A DNA stretch of 61,772 bases, counting the filler, from an uncultured Clostridia bacterium (GTDB lineage: Bacteria > CAYTYR01 > UBA6262): NCBI GenBank assembly GCA_964441745.1. It is 3 parts of 3 records of this genome, joined end to end, with 100 filler letters (N's around TTAATTAATTAA, not from the genome) between each part and the next. Parts side by side here need not be neighbours in the genome. Positions count along the whole stretch, not along the records: positions 42,566 to 61,772 come from CAYTYR010000030.1; 2 more parts are not named here. The stretch is one strand, 5' to 3'. Below, piece by piece: positions 59,208 to 61,772 of this stretch (position 1 is its first letter; each line of letters begins with the position of its first letter). Made by a program: the position numbers and the translations under genes. The notes under the pieces are model-generated. The model had not been told where the DNA came from. It did not search any database and worked only from the letters and a program-made list of their open reading frames with translations.

Positions 59208-61766
59208 TTAAAATACTGATCCCATGCTGAAATAAAATTGTGACTTCGGCTCATCATCCCGGTGATTCAAACCATAACCCCAGTCAAACCTGATCGGGAA
59301 CATCGGCAGGGTAAAACGCAAGCTTAAGCCGACACCTTGTTTTAAAGTATAATTATTCCGGCCGGTGACTTCATCGTGATGATGCAATTTGGTGGTGTTC
59401 CAGGTATTGCCGGCATCATAGAACAAAGCGCCTTTCAAGATCGTCTGCCGTTTTTCCCTGATAATAGGAAACCCATACTCGATATTGAACAAGGTGACAA
59501 ATTTGCCGCCGCTGATCTCGCCGATCTCTCCCCGATAGTCATACCCGCGAACTGTTTCTGCCCCGCCCAAATAGAATCGGTCATAGACCGGTACTGTTTT
59601 GGATTTGCCAAAAGGCTGAACCACTCCGGCCATACCGTGCACTCCCCAAACAAATTTCCAAAAACTGGGGAAAAACCAGGCAGTTTCACCGACAATCTTT
59701 TGATAATAATTATCACCGCCTAAATAACCGCCGGCCACCTTATAACTGATCGAGTGATGGGAACCGGAAGTAGTGTCAAAGATATTATCCCGGGTATCAC
59801 GTGAAAGGCCCAAAGAAACAGAACTGGTTTGCACCAGGTCCAGGTCAATGCTATTGGCAATATCCGCGCTGATATTCTGGTAGTAATAACCGGCCAGCGG
59901 ATTGGGTGTCACTTCATCGCTTAAAAAAGTAGGCTCAGAATAAAGCCGGGAGGTCAGAGTTCTTATTTTTGTATCTTCATAAGTATACCCGATACTGCTG
60001 TTATAGATTTCCTTAAACCTTTTGCCAAAGGTAATGCCTATTCCCCGGTTAGTTTCACTATATAAGTCTGTTTCGGTATCTTCTACAATTATCGGATTAG
60101 CTGTGCCATCAGGCAGGGTAGTTGGTATTGTCCCTGCCGGATCAAAATAGGTTTTTTCCGTTCTGTCCCAATAAAAATTCCTTTCTCTCCTGGTATTAAA
60201 GACCTGGGCGCCAAAGGAAAAATATTTTTGCATGAACCAGGGATCAAAAAAGCTGACTTCATAATTCTGCCGTAATGAACCGATCTCGTACATCCAGTTT
60301 ACCTTTTGGCCGCGGCCAAAGAGGTTATTGATCTGAACCTGCATATTGCCGACAACCTTGTCCACAGTGCTATATCCTAAGCCCAGGCTGAGCACATTAA
60401 CCTGAGATTTTTCTTTGAAATTAAAGATCAGATCCAGCTGGTCTTCCGGCTTTTCCTGGTTTGGTTTAGTGTCCAAGCCAACATCTTCGAAGAAACCCAG
60501 ATTATACAATCGCTCCTGACTGCGACGGACCCTGTTCATGCTGAGAGGATCTCCCTGTTGCAACAGGATCTCCCTCATGATCACATAATCTTTCGTGATC
60601 TCATTGCCAGCGATCTCTACCTTGCCGACATAGGCCATTGGGCCTTCCGCTATCTGGTACTCAACGTCCATGGCCAGGGTATCGTCATGAGTCGTCACCT
60701 TGGGATTGATCCGGGTAAAGACATAACCTTTATCCGCATACAAAGCCTGGATGTTAGCTGAGGCCTGGTCAAAATTTTCCTGGTTGAACAACCGGTCTTC
60801 CTTAATGGGCAAATCCAGCCGGAAATCCTTTTCCGCCAGAACGGTATTCCCGCTAAAAGTGATCTTCCCGATTTTATAACGTAATCCCTCGCTCACCGTA
60901 ATGGTAACCGTCATCTGGGAATGGTCTTCATTATATATGATCTGGGGTTCTTCCGCCTTAAAATTATAAAAACCCCTTTTCCGGTAATATTTTTCCAGGT
61001 TTTCCATTCCTTTAGTCAGCGTTTCCTCTTTGTATACCTTACCCGGCCTTATTTTTGTTATTCCCTGTATCTTCTTGGCCAGCAGGAATTTATTGCCTCT
61101 TACTTCCACCTGCTGTATTTTAATCTTATTGCCTTCAGTAATATAAAAAGTCAGAGTTTGTTTGCCCTCGCCCAGGTCCGTAGTAAAGGTTTCTACTTTA
61201 ATCTCGGCAAAACCTTTATCTTTGTACTTGGTAACTATTTTTTGTATTGATTCTTCCAGTTTGCCTTCATTAATTGCTTCTTTTTCCTTTAAGGTGACTT
61301 CATCCTTCAGAGCTGAAGCCTTGAAAGCCTTATTTCCTTTAAAATCTATCTGCTTGATAATATTTTTTTCAACTACAATAAAAACTACCCGGACACCGCC
61401 TTCTTTATCTACGGCGTCTATATTAATAGAACTGAACAGGTTCAGATCAAACATGGACCGTAAATCATTATCAACGGTTTCCTGCTTATAGTGCTGGCCT
61501 TTGCGGGTTTTAGTCACTTCCCAGACATCTTTTAAAGGCACATTTTTCAAACCGCTGACCATAACTTCGATGATCTTTTTTCCCTCTGGCGACTCACTGC
61601 TGACCGGGTCAATAACTGCTGTCCCGCTAAGCGCCGGGGCAGCGTCACCTGCGGCCGGCGTCACAGTTGGCTGGCCGGCCGCCCGGGCTGGAATATATCC
61701 AAAACCTATCAATAAACATAAAATTATGATTCCTCTCGCTATCCCCTGATGCAATTTAATATTCAA
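59208..61766 (-). CDS. bamA: Outer membrane protein assembly factor BamA
   Basis: POTRA repeats, NLFGRG, FYLGGAETVRGY, C-terminal FYFSMGSVF. Confidence 0.95.
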   Translation of the reverse strand: MNIKLHQGIARGIIILCLLIGFGYIPARAAGQPTVTPAAGDAAPALSGTAVIDPVSSESPEGKKIIEVMVSGLKNVPLKDVWEVTKTRKGQHYKQETVDNDLRSMFDLNLFSSINIDAVDKEGGVRVVFIVVEKNIIKQIDFKGNKAFKASALKDEVTLKEKEAINEGKLEESIQKIVTKYKDKGFAEIKVETFTTDLGEGKQTLTFYITEGNKIKIQQVEVRGNKFLLAKKIQGITKIRPGKVYKEETLTKGMENLEKYYRKRGFYNFKAEEPQIIYNEDHSQMTVTITVSEGLRYKIGKITFSGNTVLAEKDFRLDLPIKEDRLFNQENFDQASANIQALYADKGYVFTRINPKVTTHDDTLAMDVEYQIAEGPMAYVGKVEIAGNEITKDYVIMREILLQQGDPLSMNRVRRSQERLYNLGFFEDVGLDTKPNQEKPEDQLDLIFNFKEKSQVNVLSLGLGYSTVDKVVGNMQVQINNLFGRGQKVNWMYEIGSLRQNYEVSFFDPWFMQKYFSFGAQVFNTRRERNFYWDRTEKTYFDPAGTIPTTLPDGTANPIIVEDTETDLYSETNRGIGITFGKRFKEIYNSSIGYTYEDTKIRTLTSRLYSEPTFLSDEVTPNPLAGYYYQNISADIANSIDLDLVQTSSVSLGLSRDTRDNIFDTTSGSHHSISYKVAGGYLGGDNYYQKIVGETAWFFPSFWKFVWGVHGMAGVVQPFGKSKTVPVYDRFYLGGAETVRGYDYRGEIGEISGGKFVTLFNIEYGFPIIREKRQTILKGALFYDAGNTWNTTKLHHHDEVTGRNNYTLKQGVGLSLRFTLPMFPIRFDWGYGLNHRDDEPKSQFYFSMGSVF

Positions 61767-61772
61767 CTAATC
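61718..61772. repeat. 55-bp terminal direct repeat (same as 1-55)
   Basis: Exact match. Confidence 0.97.

Overview
Chromosomal housekeeping and cell-envelope region of a diderm (LPS-making) bacterium. An Elusimicrobiota-like or related candidate-phylum MAG is plausible, but this is inference only. The window is three contigs (1-21900, 22001-42465, 42566-61772) separated by two 100-nt N gaps, each containing an artificial TTAATTAATTAA linker. The last 55 bp equal the first 55 bp, so the end (bamA) continues into the start (tamB). The minus-strand blocks carry secA-lnt-prfB (programmed +1 frameshift), an ECF sigma/anti-sigma pair, lysS-lolE-lolD-ilvE-clpC-tamB, and bamA-skp-lpxD-lpxC/fabZ-lpxA-lpxI-Gfo/Idh/MocA-lpxB-msbA-DUF374-waaA-GT9-GT9-[small island]-GT4. 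The middle contig has an AT-rich orphan, addA/addB-like genes, OsmC, an aldolase II-SCP2 fusion, queH, HAD, yjbQ, queF, rlmI, flavodoxin, GH57/DUF4912, uvrB and a response regulator. The most striking non-gene signal is a modular set of palindromic repeats. Many intergenic gaps hold inverted arms built from 7-9-mer units with nested, exchangeable GC-rich hairpins, and related hairpins sit in frame inside addA and addB, recalling Rickettsia palindromic elements. Other notable signals are a 51-bp synonymously diverged duplicate of a GT9 segment bracketing a YhcG-containing island, an in-frame array of 24-nt-period hairpins inside YhcG, and 12-bp inverted repeats facing into the first gap. No rRNA, tRNA, CRISPR array, integrase or transposase was recognised.
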